The notes under the pieces were generated by a model that was given only the letters and a program-made list of their open reading frames with translations, had not been told where the DNA came from and searched no databases. DNA of 64,000 nt from Candidatus Bathyarchaeota archaeon (lineage in GTDB: Archaea > Thermoproteota > Bathyarchaeia > 40CM-2-53-6), in assembly GCA_963783645.1 (NCBI GenBank), contig CAWAOH010000010.1:26818-90817 (forward strand), read 5' to 3'. The translations under genes and the position numbers were made by a program. Each line of letters opens with the position of its first letter. Position 1 is the first letter of the stretch. Shown piece by piece: positions 1-9,732 of this stretch.

Positions 1-485
1 CGCCAGTCCAGCAAATGCTCGCGCACAAGGTGACAGTTGGTTTGGGAAATGACGGTTACATTTTCGATATGTTTGAAAACATGCGAGCCGCTTTCTTACT
101 TCATCGTGTAAACAGTAGAGATCCCAATGCCATTGATCCGTATAGCGTTCTCGAAATGGCAACTATCAATGGGGCGAAACTCTACGGAATGGAGAAGGAT
201 GTTGGCTCGATAGAAATCGGTAAGAAAGCTGACATAATACTGATCAGACCGAATATTCTCCCAACACCGTTAACCATAGAGACAGTCGTTGGTCACCTAA
301 TCAACACCGTGGATGGCGACGATATAGAGCATGTCTTCGTTGAAGGAAAGCAAATAGTTAGGAACAAACGCCTCCTATCGTTTGATGAACAGAAAGCTCA
401 GCAGATATCTCAGAAAGCGGCTGCCAATCTCTGGACACGAATGAAGACAGCTACTCCTCAAGTAGACCGAGTACGTAATCCATAA
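1..485 (+). CDS. amidohydrolase-superfamily deaminase (MTA/SAH- or 5'-deoxyadenosine-deaminase-like), C-terminal part; 5' end outside window
   Basis: Frame of ORF 15..485 stays open to the window edge. C-terminal amidohydrolase/chlorohydrolase-type sequence ('GSIEIGKKADIILI', 'DIEHVFVEGKQIV') recognised by eye. Confidence 0.65.
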   Translation, partial: PVQQMLAHKVTVGLGNDGYIFDMFENMRAAFLLHRVNSRDPNAIDPYSVLEMATINGAKLYGMEKDVGSIEIGKKADIILIRPNILPTPLTIETVVGHLINTVDGDDIEHVFVEGKQIVRNKRLLSFDEQKAQQISQKAAANLWTRMKTATPQVDRVRNP

Positions 486-500
486 GATGACAAACAAACG

Positions 501-1787
501 TTGGAATACAGAGAAGTTGTAACTTCATTTCTGCAACAAGGACCACTCATTTTACTCTTGCGTAGGAGCAACCAAGTTGGAACATACCAAGGAAAATGGG
601 CAGCAGTAAGCGGTTTCTTGGAAGAAAATGAGAGTCCAATCGAACGAGCAAAGACTGAGATAAATGAAGAAGTTGGTCTGACTTCAGCGGACATCAGGCT
701 AGTTAGAACAGGCGAACCCCTGCGGGTCTACGACCCAGAGAATGATACAGTATGGATTGTGAATCCATTCCTGTTTAATGCATGTCAATCCACAATCAGA
801 GTTGATAGGGAAACCTCCCAGCACAAATGGGTAGATCCTGATGAGCTTGCAAATTACGAGACTGTTCCGAGGTTAAAACAGACATTTGATAGAGTCCGTT
901 GGGACCTTTCTACTGTTCCGACGAACCTATCAAAAGCCATTGAAATAGTGGATGAAATAGCTCAAGATAGAACCAATGGAGCCAGCTATCTCGGAAGGAA
1001 ATCCATAGAGGCAATACAAGTAGCAGTCCATCTTTCTGCAGCGGAATCCAAGAACGATCTCTTCAAGGACATACTGACAATCGCGACAAGAATGCGAACC
1101 ATACAGCCAAGCATGGCGTCGATTAGAAATACTGTTGGAAGACTGCTTCACGAAATTGATCCGAAACGTCAATCCTCAAAATCCATTACAGAATTCAGAA
1201 AAGCGGTTGAACAGTCCGCTCGGGAAACCCTAGCGGATAGCGAAAAAGCAGCGGAACTAGTGTCTAGAAATCTATGCAACATCCTAATTCAAAAAAGGTG
1301 CATTCTCACTCACAGCTTCAGCAGCACGGTGAAAAGAGCGCTTGAGTTGTGCGTGAATAGCAACCTGCAGGTCTACGTGACAGAATCAAGACCGACGTTT
1401 GAAGGTAGAATTCTAGCTCACGAGTTGACAGAGTTTGGTCTTCCTACAAAGGTCTTGCCCGATACGATAACTCGCGCTTTCCCAATAGAATTCGACGCAG
1501 TCATCGTAGGAGCCGACAGTGTACTTGCAGATGGTTCTGTTGTTAACAAGGCCGGGACCAAAGACATTGCCCGAACTGCTCAAGAATCCATGATCCCAGT
1601 TTTCGTAGCGGCCGAGAGGTCTAAACTCAATGTTATGCAATTTCTGGGTCAGCCTCTTCAGATCGATGGGACATTCGATCTGACTCCAAGCGATTGTATT
1701 TCATCAATCATAACCGAGCAAGGAGAAATGAAACCCAGCGACGCCTGGCATCAAACCAAGAGCTTGGTAAGGGAACTTTATACTTAG
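501..1787 (+). CDS. fusion protein: N-terminal NUDIX hydrolase + C-terminal eIF-2B alpha/beta/delta-like (ribose-1,5-bisphosphate / MTR-1-P isomerase family) domain
   Basis: NUDIX box 'GFLEENESPIERAKTEINEEVGL' (GX5EX7-[R/T]EUXEEXGU). The C-terminal ~280 aa carry eIF2B-family blocks 'THSFSSTV', 'VYVTESRPTFEGR', 'VIVGADSVLADGSVVNKAGT'. TTG start. Confidence 0.75.
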   Translation: MEYREVVTSFLQQGPLILLLRRSNQVGTYQGKWAAVSGFLEENESPIERAKTEINEEVGLTSADIRLVRTGEPLRVYDPENDTVWIVNPFLFNACQSTIRVDRETSQHKWVDPDELANYETVPRLKQTFDRVRWDLSTVPTNLSKAIEIVDEIAQDRTNGASYLGRKSIEAIQVAVHLSAAESKNDLFKDILTIATRMRTIQPSMASIRNTVGRLLHEIDPKRQSSKSITEFRKAVEQSARETLADSEKAAELVSRNLCNILIQKRCILTHSFSSTVKRALELCVNSNLQVYVTESRPTFEGRILAHELTEFGLPTKVLPDTITRAFPIEFDAVIVGADSVLADGSVVNKAGTKDIARTAQESMIPVFVAAERSKLNVMQFLGQPLQIDGTFDLTPSDCISSIITEQGEMKPSDAWHQTKSLVRELYT

Positions 1788-1827
1788 CTGCGTCACCTAA
1801 GTTCGAATCTGCCTTGGGGTATCATGC

Positions 1828-2211
1828 TTGAGTGGTATTCCGGAAGTCGACATCGGAATACGGAGAGTAGTGCAAGCGATCTTTCGGTCACAAGGTATGC
1901 TCCGTGAATACTTCACTGATCTTTTTCCATACATGCGAGAAGCGGTTCGCAAATTCAATCTTGAAGCAGTATGGGACAAAGTCTACGCGGATGTCATCAC
2001 AGGAGACTATGAACTAGACCGACTCTGCCTTTTCCTAAACCGGTTATACACTGAAGACAGAGCACTCTTTGCTTCCTTCCTGGGTTATGTTACTAAAGAA
2101 GTGCTTGATCGATTTCATGAGCCTAAGGAGAATCTAGACTGGTTCTTCCAGGAATTGAAAGAAATGGGATTCGAGTGGAACGGCAAAAGGCTCGTCCCAT
2201 CTAAACCCTAG
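1828..2211 (+). CDS. hypothetical helical protein
   Basis: 127-aa ORF in an otherwise empty interval; no motif recognised; an internal ATG (MLREYF...) is an alternative start. Confidence 0.4.
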   Translation: MSGIPEVDIGIRRVVQAIFRSQGMLREYFTDLFPYMREAVRKFNLEAVWDKVYADVITGDYELDRLCLFLNRLYTEDRALFASFLGYVTKEVLDRFHEPKENLDWFFQELKEMGFEWNGKRLVPSKP

Positions 2212-3477
2212 CCTGCCACCTCTTCAGGTGGCTGGATCCTACGGAAAAACACGTAAAACGCAACTGCAGATGCGAGATAGACCCCTGCGCCCAACGTCAG
2301 CGGTATAGAAATTGAGAGATAGTTTTCACTAGTCAAGAATATCCCTGCCAGAAAGGGGCCGAAGGAGTTTCCTATACCCCATATCATTGAGGTTATAGCG
2401 GAAGCGGATGCTCTTTCGTTCGATGGTACCGTTCCCATGAGATATGATTGCTGGACTGGCCATGAGATATTCATGAAGAAGTTTCTAAGAATGTAGAGAA
2501 TACCCGCGATCTGATAGGTGGGTGAGAGGACCATTGAGCCTAGAAAAACTGCGGACAGACCCTGAGCAGCGAAAACACTTTTCGAACTACCAAGAGCTCT
2601 CGTCAGTTTTGGTATTATTGGAACTACCACAAGTGACGTAACTTCCGCAGCCCGCGAACCATGATCCCAATGTGCTCTCATCAACTCCATACATTTTGTT
2701 GAACCACAAAGACAGAAGTTGCACCGAAAGACCCGAGGCAAATCCAACTAGTCCAAGAGTAATCGAAAATTTAGAAATGTGTTTGACTGCTCTCATGGAA
2801 AGCAAGTTCCGCTGTCTTTCCGTCTGTACCTGAACGAAGTCGTTGGCGTGTTGAGATACGGGCAGAACCAATATCCCAGAGATGATCGACACGCCTGCGA
2901 AGATTATGAACGTGTACTGAAATGATAGTTCCATACTAATCTTGAAACCATTTTGAAGCAGCATTGGAAGAACACTTAGCACAGAGCCAGTGGCTAATGC
3001 AATTGTCCACATACCCTGTGACCAAGCGAATATCTCGGTCCTGCCCTCCGTCCCTGCCTTCTCTGCTAGTAATGCAGTCCAGGCTGGTGTCCAGACTGCA
3101 GCACTGAATCCGCCAGCATACATTACTCCGCCGATAGCACTGGCTAGAAGGAGTAGGTTGAGGTCACGGGTAAACCCAAAGAGGACATAAGCTAATGCTG
3201 AAATAGAGAATCCGGACACGACGAAAATTTTCCGTCCATATCGGTCGGCCGCAACCGCGAATGGCACCAAGGCCAACGTGTTGGCGATTGATGATGCTGA
3301 AGTGATGGCGCCAATCACCTCCGCCGAAAAACCGATGTCACTTAAGTAAATTGGCAACACAACGAGAGTGAATCCGAGTGGCAGAGAATTTAGTGCCATC
3401 CCAGCTAACAAGAGTCTAACGTTCAGTGAACTCCGCGGCTGGTTTCTGATAGGCAATCTCGCTTCGACTATACACAA
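2208..3477 (-). CDS. MFS transporter, interrupted by a 1-nt frameshift (ORFs 2587..3477 + 2208..2747)
   Basis: Both ORFs are polytopic and together give ~420 aa of MFS-like sequence. The frames rejoin ('...STLGSWFA|AAEVTSLVVV...') if the CCC run at 2651-2653 (GGG on the coding strand) is shortened by one. Confidence 0.65.
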
Positions 3478-3554
3478 CTTAACTAAAGATATAGAATAAG
3501 CGAACGAAAGTCAAAAACAAATGGAAAATGGGGAAGAGTCGAAACCTATCGTAG

Positions 3555-3773
3555 TCACTGACATATCATTAGACAATTGCCGACATGGTGTTCTCCGCGT
3601 GGGTATTGGAGACTTGTCGCAACTAATGGGGTTGGACTAGTGTATACATAACCCACCGGAAGTCCGTAGTATGCATAATTGTACGCCGTTAGCGGATACG
3701 CATATGTTGGATAGTAGTAGGGATAGGGAGAATAGTACGGGTACTGCGGGTAACCGCATCCACATTGACACAT
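3555..3773 (-). CDS. small Tyr/Pro-rich, Cys-capped protein (72 aa from internal ATG)
   Basis: ORF 3555..3839. From the ATG at 3773 it reads 'MCQCGCGYPQYPYYSPYPYYYPTYAYPL...NCLMICQ', with 17 Tyr by my count. It fills the gap directly upstream of, and co-directional with, the MFS gene. The low-complexity composition makes coding status uncertain. Confidence 0.35.
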   Translation of the reverse strand: MCQCGCGYPQYPYYSPYPYYYPTYAYPLTAYNYAYYGLPVGYVYTSPTPLVATSLQYPRGEHHVGNCLMICQ

Positions 3774-3892
3774 GGTTTTGCGCCATTTTGAAACAGCCGT
3801 TAGCCTCCAAATTAAGTGTGTTCTAAACTCAGCGTGCACGTGTCAATTAACATGCAGAATAATGACATCCAAAGCTGCTGTATTTGCGCTCA

Positions 3893-4282
3893 TTACGCGA
3901 ATCCAGGTTCATTCCAGTCCCCAGCTGTATTTGGCTGTGGGAGATATCTTAACGAATGAGCCTCTCCTACTCCCCATGGCTCGGACCTGACCCAGCTGAA
4001 TCTCCTGTAGAAAAGATCGTATATTGCATGGAACTCTTTTCCACTCTCAATTACCTCTGTAGTGCTCTGAACCATCAAACCTCGATTCGGATTCAAAGTA
4101 TCCACTACTAATGCCGCCACATGGTGTGCACGCAAGTTACGCAGTTTTCCAGTTCCATAATCGTCTGCCGAATCGTAAACATAGCACACGGGAACAACGT
4201 GAGGAACACCATCAGGTGTTATAGTGGCCAGTCTGCCTAGCTCGTTTGCGTCTAGGAACTGCAATTCCGGTCTTGTGAACAT
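3893..4282 (-). CDS. pyridoxamine 5'-phosphate oxidase (PPOX/FMN- or F420-binding split-barrel) family protein
   Basis: 'ELGRLATITPDGVPHVVPVCYVYD...KLRNLRAHHVAALVVD' matches the PPOX-class split-barrel pattern. The internal ATG at 4282 is preferred over the longest ORF (to 4339). Confidence 0.6.
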   Translation of the reverse strand: MFTRPELQFLDANELGRLATITPDGVPHVVPVCYVYDSADDYGTGKLRNLRAHHVAALVVDTLNPNRGLMVQSTTEVIESGKEFHAIYDLFYRRFSWVRSEPWGVGEAHSLRYLPQPNTAGDWNEPGFA

Positions 4283-4432
4283 AATCCATAGTACCTCGTT
4301 GCATGTTTCAACATGGTAAACCCAACTTGGTAATCCCAAATGATTATTGTTGATCCCTTGGAGACGTTAACGTAACATTGGATGTGTCATCCAATGAGGC
4401 ACCTCAAACTATTTGTGACTGCTCAAGAATAA

Positions 4433-5149
4433 TTGGAAGAGTTCGCTTTGAAACTAAGAGCCGTCATCATTGATATGGACGGGACAATAACGCGTTTCAA
4501 CATTGACTACCTTGGAATGAGGCGAGCGGCTCTTGCTGAACTTGACAATATGAATTTGCGCACGCCAGAATTGACCGAGCAATTGAATCTCTATATTATT
4601 CTACAGACGGTCAGAATAGGTCTTGATGCTCAGACTTACGAGAAGTTGCGGGAAAGGCTCTACGCGCGTCTAGAAAATATGGAGATTAAAGCCGCTCAAG
4701 AAGTGATGCTTTATCCAGGCGTAGAAGAGACGCTACGTGAACTACGGAATCGAGATATCAAGATCGGCTTGGTCACGAATAACGGTCGTGCAGGTACAAA
4801 CCTTACCTTGAATCGCTTCAGACTGAAAGCGCTCTTTGACGCTGTTGTGACGCGAGATGATTGTAAGGAAATGAAACCTGATGCAGCACCAGTCAGACAG
4901 GTGCTCGCGGAATTGAATTTGCGAGCTGAAGAAGCAATTCTCGTCGGAGACGGGGTGATGGACATAATAGCAGCAAAGGCTGCAGGCTTGCGTTCGGTAG
5001 CAGTCGCTACCGGTCCCTCTGGCATCGACCGCTTATTGCAAACCGAACCTGACTACGTTCTCGGATCGATAAATGACCTCCAGAAATTAATCGATATACT
5101 GGACTCTGAAGCGGGTCAGAAAGCAGCCAACACAAATGTGCTTCCATAA
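4433..5149 (+). CDS. HAD-superfamily hydrolase (phosphoglycolate phosphatase-like)
   Basis: HAD motif I 'IIDMDGTIT', motif II 'GLVTNN', motif IV 'VGDGVMDIIAAKAAG'. Confidence 0.75.
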   Translation: MEEFALKLRAVIIDMDGTITRFNIDYLGMRRAALAELDNMNLRTPELTEQLNLYIILQTVRIGLDAQTYEKLRERLYARLENMEIKAAQEVMLYPGVEETLRELRNRDIKIGLVTNNGRAGTNLTLNRFRLKALFDAVVTRDDCKEMKPDAAPVRQVLAELNLRAEEAILVGDGVMDIIAAKAAGLRSVAVATGPSGIDRLLQTEPDYVLGSINDLQKLIDILDSEAGQKAANTNVLP

Positions 5150-5742
5150 TAAATCAAAATGATGCCAAACGCGATGAGAACACTTCTGTAGTACTTTGAT
5201 CCAACGATTTTCATCCCTTTCTTACCGAAATGAGCTAATGCCGTAAGAAACGCATAGTCCATCCAAACGTGTGAAACGTACATCAATATTACACCAAGCA
5301 GGGCCGCGAAAGCTAGTGCTTGGAGTATGAGTACTGATCCGATCGTTAGCCACCATAGTATGAAGTATGGGTTCAGTCCTGTTAAAGCGAAACCTAGCAT
5401 CAGCGAGCTAGCTGGGAGACCTTTTCTCTGTGGAGTTTGCTCAGGGCGACCATGCGTCACAGTTACATATATTTGGAAAGCTCCAATAACGATCAGTCCG
5501 GTTCCTCCCGCTATTCCAATCACAGATTTGACAAAAGGTTGACCCACGGCAGCCAGTAGGCCAAGAGCCAATGCAAGCACTAGAGGAAACTCTACGAGGG
5601 TGTGTCCAACTGCACAGGAGAAGCCTGACCAAGCTCCCTCTTTTGAGCCGTGCATAAGGATTGCGAAAGTGAGCGGTCCGGGTGCGAGAGCACCTGATGC
5701 TGTTACGATTACGACTGTCACAATAAAATCAATCAAGTTCAC
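5116..5742 (-). CDS. LysE/RhtB-family amino-acid exporter
   Basis: ~200-aa six-TM protein with N-terminal 'ASGALAPGPLTFAIL', typical of LysE-type translocators. Confidence 0.65.
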   Translation of the reverse strand: MNLIDFIVTVVIVTASGALAPGPLTFAILMHGSKEGAWSGFSCAVGHTLVEFPLVLALALGLLAAVGQPFVKSVIGIAGGTGLIVIGAFQIYVTVTHGRPEQTPQRKGLPASSLMLGFALTGLNPYFILWWLTIGSVLILQALAFAALLGVILMYVSHVWMDYAFLTALAHFGKKGMKIVGSKYYRSVLIAFGIILIYYGSTFVLAAF

Positions 5743-5812
5743 GTGCTACGAGTCCCTTCGTTATCTAGACCTTGCTTCCGCGAGAGCGATGATCTGTTCA
5801 GTCGATGACATA

Positions 5813-6673
5813 TCACTCTAGGCCAAGAGGTTTTCCTACTCTGCCTAATGCCCTAACGATATCATGTTTGCTAAGCAGCCCTACAACCGTTCCTTCATTG
5901 TCGAGAACTGGCAAACTCCCAATTCCCTTCCGCACGATTGTCTGTGCTGCTTGGGCCAAGTCATCATCTTGCTTTGCAAAGATAGGATCGCGGGTCATCA
6001 AATCCCGTGTCGTGAGCATAGCAACTTCTTTTCCGTTTCCTGAACTGAAGACCAGACGATGTTCCATAGAGTCATGCCTTTTTTGTCCAATCGAAAGAAG
6101 GTCCGATAGCGTTAGAATGCCGACCAACCCTTCGTCAATTACTGGTACGCTAGGTTGTTTGAACACTATTGCTTGTGCAACATGCACGACTGGGTAACTG
6201 CTCTTGGCAAAAATGAAATCTCTTGTCATGAACTCGCTGACCTTGAACGTGTTCGGGATCCTCCGCGAGAAGTAATTGCAGAGATCTGTTTCGGTGATTA
6301 TGCCTATGAATGGGTGTTCGTTTGTCACAATTGCGCACGTAAGGTTCTCTATGTCGAACAGCCGTGCGGCATTGAAGACAGGCAAATCTTCGCGGATTTC
6401 CGGCATCGATTTGGATGAAGCTTCTGAAACAAATATGTCCTCAAGGCCTCGATTTGTAGAATCTTCCATTAGAAAGCGTGCTAGGTCTCTCTTGGATATG
6501 AACCTGATAGGGCGCTTTTTCTCGTCAACGACAACAAGTTGTGAGACTCCGCGTTGGGACATGATGTTTCGAGCTTGCAGGAGAGAATCTGACTGAGGAA
6601 TGATCACAACCCATCCAGTCATGATACTACTCACAGTATCTGTCTGTGATACAGCTTGCAAGTCGACCATCAT
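5813..6673 (-). CDS. protein with four tandem CBS domains
   Basis: Repeated CBS-like units ('...GVSQLVVVDE..', '..LTCAIVTNE..IGIITETDL', '..SVPVIDEGLVGILTLSDLL', '..GSLPVLDNEGTVVGLLSKHDIV'). The start is set at the internal Met (6673), because the longest ORF would overlap the upstream gene. Confidence 0.7.
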   Translation of the reverse strand: MMVDLQAVSQTDTVSSIMTGWVVIIPQSDSLLQARNIMSQRGVSQLVVVDEKKRPIRFISKRDLARFLMEDSTNRGLEDIFVSEASSKSMPEIREDLPVFNAARLFDIENLTCAIVTNEHPFIGIITETDLCNYFSRRIPNTFKVSEFMTRDFIFAKSSYPVVHVAQAIVFKQPSVPVIDEGLVGILTLSDLLSIGQKRHDSMEHRLVFSSGNGKEVAMLTTRDLMTRDPIFAKQDDDLAQAAQTIVRKGIGSLPVLDNEGTVVGLLSKHDIVRALGRVGKPLGLE

Positions 6674-6813
6674 TTCTAGCCTACTTTGTTTCAACCGAGA
6701 CGGTTTTGCACGGTTGACGATATAAACGCAGATCGATACTTTCTCTTCTGGTAAGCAATATCGTTCAAAGCACTTTCTGGAACTTAATGGATCGTTGATT
6801 CTTGAGTACACAT

Positions 6814-7953
6814 TCAAATCGATTTTATGTTGATTCCTCGACTGGCGAGGTATGATAGCAACCAATTGCGGTGTTCCGCATCAAAGGCGATCTCTGGGGG
6901 AACGAGTCCGGTAGGGGTGATTCTACTAGTTCCCAGCAATTGCGCGGCAGCAGCGCACGGGTATGACGTTGTCCGGGCCATTGAAGTGGTATTGTTCGTT
7001 GAATCATAATGGTCAATCATGTCATACCTATTCTGGACGACTTTGCCGCTTTTCTTTCCAATCACATCGACTCGTAGAAGTGTGAGGTCTTTTTCGTTTC
7101 GTAGCGCGAGACGATCTGAGAGAATTTGTGCAGTGAATTTGCGTGGCACAATCTTCTGGCTGTTAAGTGTTACCGGTCTTAGTTCCAGCATTCCGCACTC
7201 GATCAAAGTTCGTATCTGTGCAACGTGTCCGGGCCAACGTATTGTCTTCTCGTCCATTTCCCTCACGCCGCGAACTGTTCTAATGAGGGTGGACAGTCCA
7301 TCTGTATAGAAGCATTCACAGCGTCCTATCGGTCGCGGGAACGTGATTGTTTCCAACCCTGACAGAGCCTCGACATCGATGATTCGACCGTTCTTCACGA
7401 TTCTGGCTTTCCGGAGATATTCTTCAAGAACGGCTTCGAACGAAAAGACAATTCGGTAATTCAGGGGTGGCTTTGGCCGTTCCGGTATTCCCCCAGTTTT
7501 TATGTGAACTTCATTCACTTTATCAAGTCGGTCAACGCCTGCCATCACAAGAACATTCGATAGACCGGGAGCTAGACCGCAAGCAGGTATGATTGTTATC
7601 TCTCTTCTCTTCGCCGCGCGGTCTATGGCACTACGTTCGTAGTGCCAACCGAAGATCAGATCAACATAGTGCACTCCTGCTGCAAGCGTAGCCCTAATTG
7701 GGTATTCGCAAAGTTCATGCGGTAATGCTCCTATACCCACATCAAATCGTTTGAGAAACTCAATGGTTTGAGTCCGTCGTCGAACATCATGTTTCTTTAG
7801 TTTCAGTTTCGTAGAGCGTTCTACTCGTCTCACTTCCTTCAGACGCGATTCGTCCACATCACAGAGTGAAACTTCTTCGACGTCTCTTGATCTTACTAGA
7901 TCACGTGCGATGGTTGAACCCATAAGGCCTGCGCCGAAAATCACAACTCTCAA
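6814..7953 (-). CDS. saccharopine dehydrogenase-like NAD(P)-dependent oxidoreductase
   Basis: N-terminal Rossmann 'VVIFGAGLMGSTIARDL' followed by a saccharopine-DH/LysDH-like C-terminal domain ('CGLAPGLSN', 'TTSMARTTSYP'). Confidence 0.7.
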   Translation of the reverse strand: MRVVIFGAGLMGSTIARDLVRSRDVEEVSLCDVDESRLKEVRRVERSTKLKLKKHDVRRRTQTIEFLKRFDVGIGALPHELCEYPIRATLAAGVHYVDLIFGWHYERSAIDRAAKRREITIIPACGLAPGLSNVLVMAGVDRLDKVNEVHIKTGGIPERPKPPLNYRIVFSFEAVLEEYLRKARIVKNGRIIDVEALSGLETITFPRPIGRCECFYTDGLSTLIRTVRGVREMDEKTIRWPGHVAQIRTLIECGMLELRPVTLNSQKIVPRKFTAQILSDRLALRNEKDLTLLRVDVIGKKSGKVVQNRYDMIDHYDSTNNTTSMARTTSYPCAAAAQLLGTSRITPTGLVPPEIAFDAEHRNWLLSYLASRGINIKSI

Positions 7954-8076
7954 CGGTCTAACGTCCGGTTCCAGTCAATTGCCAACGAAGTAAATATATC
8001 CACTCAGTCTAGATCAAAATAGAATTTTAGCGATGACATGGACTGCGATCGTCTCCGAGGCGCAATATCGCGGCAC

Positions 8077-8514
8077 TCAGTGTGAATCCAAGACTGCTTT
8101 GATGTGTTTAGGTATGTTCGGTTCGTAGGAAACGCGAAGCACCCAGCGCATCAAATCCTTTTCTGTAACGATTCCAACGAGCTCGTTATTCTCGACAATA
8201 GGGAGTCGCCGAATCCTGTGCTCAAGCATGATTTCGAATGCTTCCTGAATCGTTGTCTCCTTCGTTGATACCCTCAGAGGGTGGGACATTACCTGACTTA
8301 CAAGCTTCGTGAGAGCATCATCTCCTGTAATGACTTGTTTCGTCACATCTCGTTCAGTAACGATTCCCACAGGCTTGTTGCCTTCCACTACGACTATGGC
8401 ACCAATATTGTTCTTGACCATGCACTCTGCCGCTACACGTAGGGTGTCAATGACATTGATTGTTATTACTGGAACACTCATCACGTGTTCTAGCATGTCG
8501 CACTTGGTAGACAT
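8077..8514 (-). CDS. CBS-pair domain protein
   Basis: Two CBS units ('IGAIVVVEGNKPVGIVTERDV', 'IRRLPIVENNELVGIVTEKDLMRWV'). Paralogue of 15328..15870. Confidence 0.75.
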   Translation of the reverse strand: MSTKCDMLEHVMSVPVITINVIDTLRVAAECMVKNNIGAIVVVEGNKPVGIVTERDVTKQVITGDDALTKLVSQVMSHPLRVSTKETTIQEAFEIMLEHRIRRLPIVENNELVGIVTEKDLMRWVLRVSYEPNIPKHIKAVLDSH

Positions 8515-8632
8515 TTTAATCTAGACAAGTGACCTTTAAGATCGCTTAAAAGAATGTCACCTATTTTCATCTACGAGTAATATTGATGACGAGACTAAGT
8601 TCGCGTAAAAAAAGAGTGAAGAGGTTCTGGTA

Positions 8633-9037
8633 TTGAGTTCTTATACACGGCTTGCGGAAGTATTGATTCTGCTCGGAGGAATTCTTGGGCTGGTCATCGC
8701 GCTCGTCTCGTTGACCATGGTTCCGTTCATGGCCGGTGTCCTGGGCTACAGCTACGGAATAATGTGGCAGTTCGGTGGCATGATGATGGGCACATATGGC
8801 ATTTTCGGATACCCGCAATTTGGATTAGCTGTGATGTCCAGTGTGATGGTTGTGTGGAGTCTACTTGGACTAGCTGGTGCGTTGTTGTCCATATTCTGTG
8901 GACTGAAACTAAGACAGGAGCACACTAAGAATGTGTCATTCATCGGGTCGATTGGTGGCGTATTTTTGTTGCTAACTTTCTCTTGGTTGCCAGGTCTGAT
9001 GGTTTTGGCAGGCTCTGTCCTGCTCTACTTCGAATAA
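8633..9037 (+). CDS. small polytopic membrane protein, unknown function
   Basis: 134-aa ORF, four hydrophobic segments, Gly/Met-rich loop. Confidence 0.45.
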   Translation: MSSYTRLAEVLILLGGILGLVIALVSLTMVPFMAGVLGYSYGIMWQFGGMMMGTYGIFGYPQFGLAVMSSVMVVWSLLGLAGALLSIFCGLKLRQEHTKNVSFIGSIGGVFLLLTFSWLPGLMVLAGSVLLYFE

Positions 9038-9109
9038 GGCTCGATTGCTTCACTTATAATCAAGAGAGCAAAGTGCGATTGCTGCATTTGAACCGTCAAT
9101 TTTGCGTGT

Positions 9110-9652
9110 GTGACAGATTGTCCACTGAGATCACACACTAATATTCACCAACCAGCTTTATCTAGCATCACGAGTTCAGATGCGCGAATTTCAGAGTGTC
9201 CGCGAATGCCCCTCTGTCTAGTTGCTCTCCTTGTTTTCTCCGTTATGAGCTTGGGATCAGCCAAGTATCGTCCACTTGCGAAGCAGGCCTTCAAGTGTGT
9301 AATGAAGACGTTAACACTGAGTCCTTGCGATATGGAGTTCGAGCAGCGTGTTAAAGCGAAGGTGACTGCTAAGCTGCTCAAGGTATGGCCAGCGTTGGCT
9401 AAGTTCTTCTACTGGAATTTCAGAATATTCGCTTGGATCTTCACATTATCATTCTTCATCTCACTGGGTTACACGGCGTACTCTTTCTACAATTTCGCGG
9501 TCTACGGTTCATGTGAACCGGGAGGAACCTGCTACCTTACCCCAATAATCGGCTGGTGCATTCTTCTGATTGAGAAACTCTCCATATATGCCGTTCTGCT
9601 CATCCTGCTCGGCATAGCCGGCTACCTATTAATCCGCAGAGTGAGAAAGTAA
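9110..9652 (+). CDS. Cys-containing polytopic membrane protein, unknown family
   Basis: Hydrophobic segments plus conserved-looking Cys pairs ('FKCVMKTLTLSPCDME', 'GSCEPGGTCYLTPIIGWC'). The likely start is the internal ATG at 9206. A decayed partial copy lies at 10597..10670. Confidence 0.5.
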   Translation: MTDCPLRSHTNIHQPALSSITSSDARISECPRMPLCLVALLVFSVMSLGSAKYRPLAKQAFKCVMKTLTLSPCDMEFEQRVKAKVTAKLLKVWPALAKFFYWNFRIFAWIFTLSFFISLGYTAYSFYNFAVYGSCEPGGTCYLTPIIGWCILLIEKLSIYAVLLILLGIAGYLLIRRVRK

Positions 9653-9732
9653 TTCCATACATGCGTACGGGTTAAACGCAGCCATAGGATACTACTGGTA
9701 CTTATGGCAAGGCCTATTGAGGCGCGTGATTC

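Noticed and set aside
1801-1809. GTTCGAATC, a tRNA T-loop-like word, just after the NUDIX-eIF2B gene (possible tRNA or att fragment).
   Set aside because: The flanking bases cannot form a T-stem or an acceptor stem, and no cloverleaf can be drawn. I found no convincing tRNA anywhere in the window.
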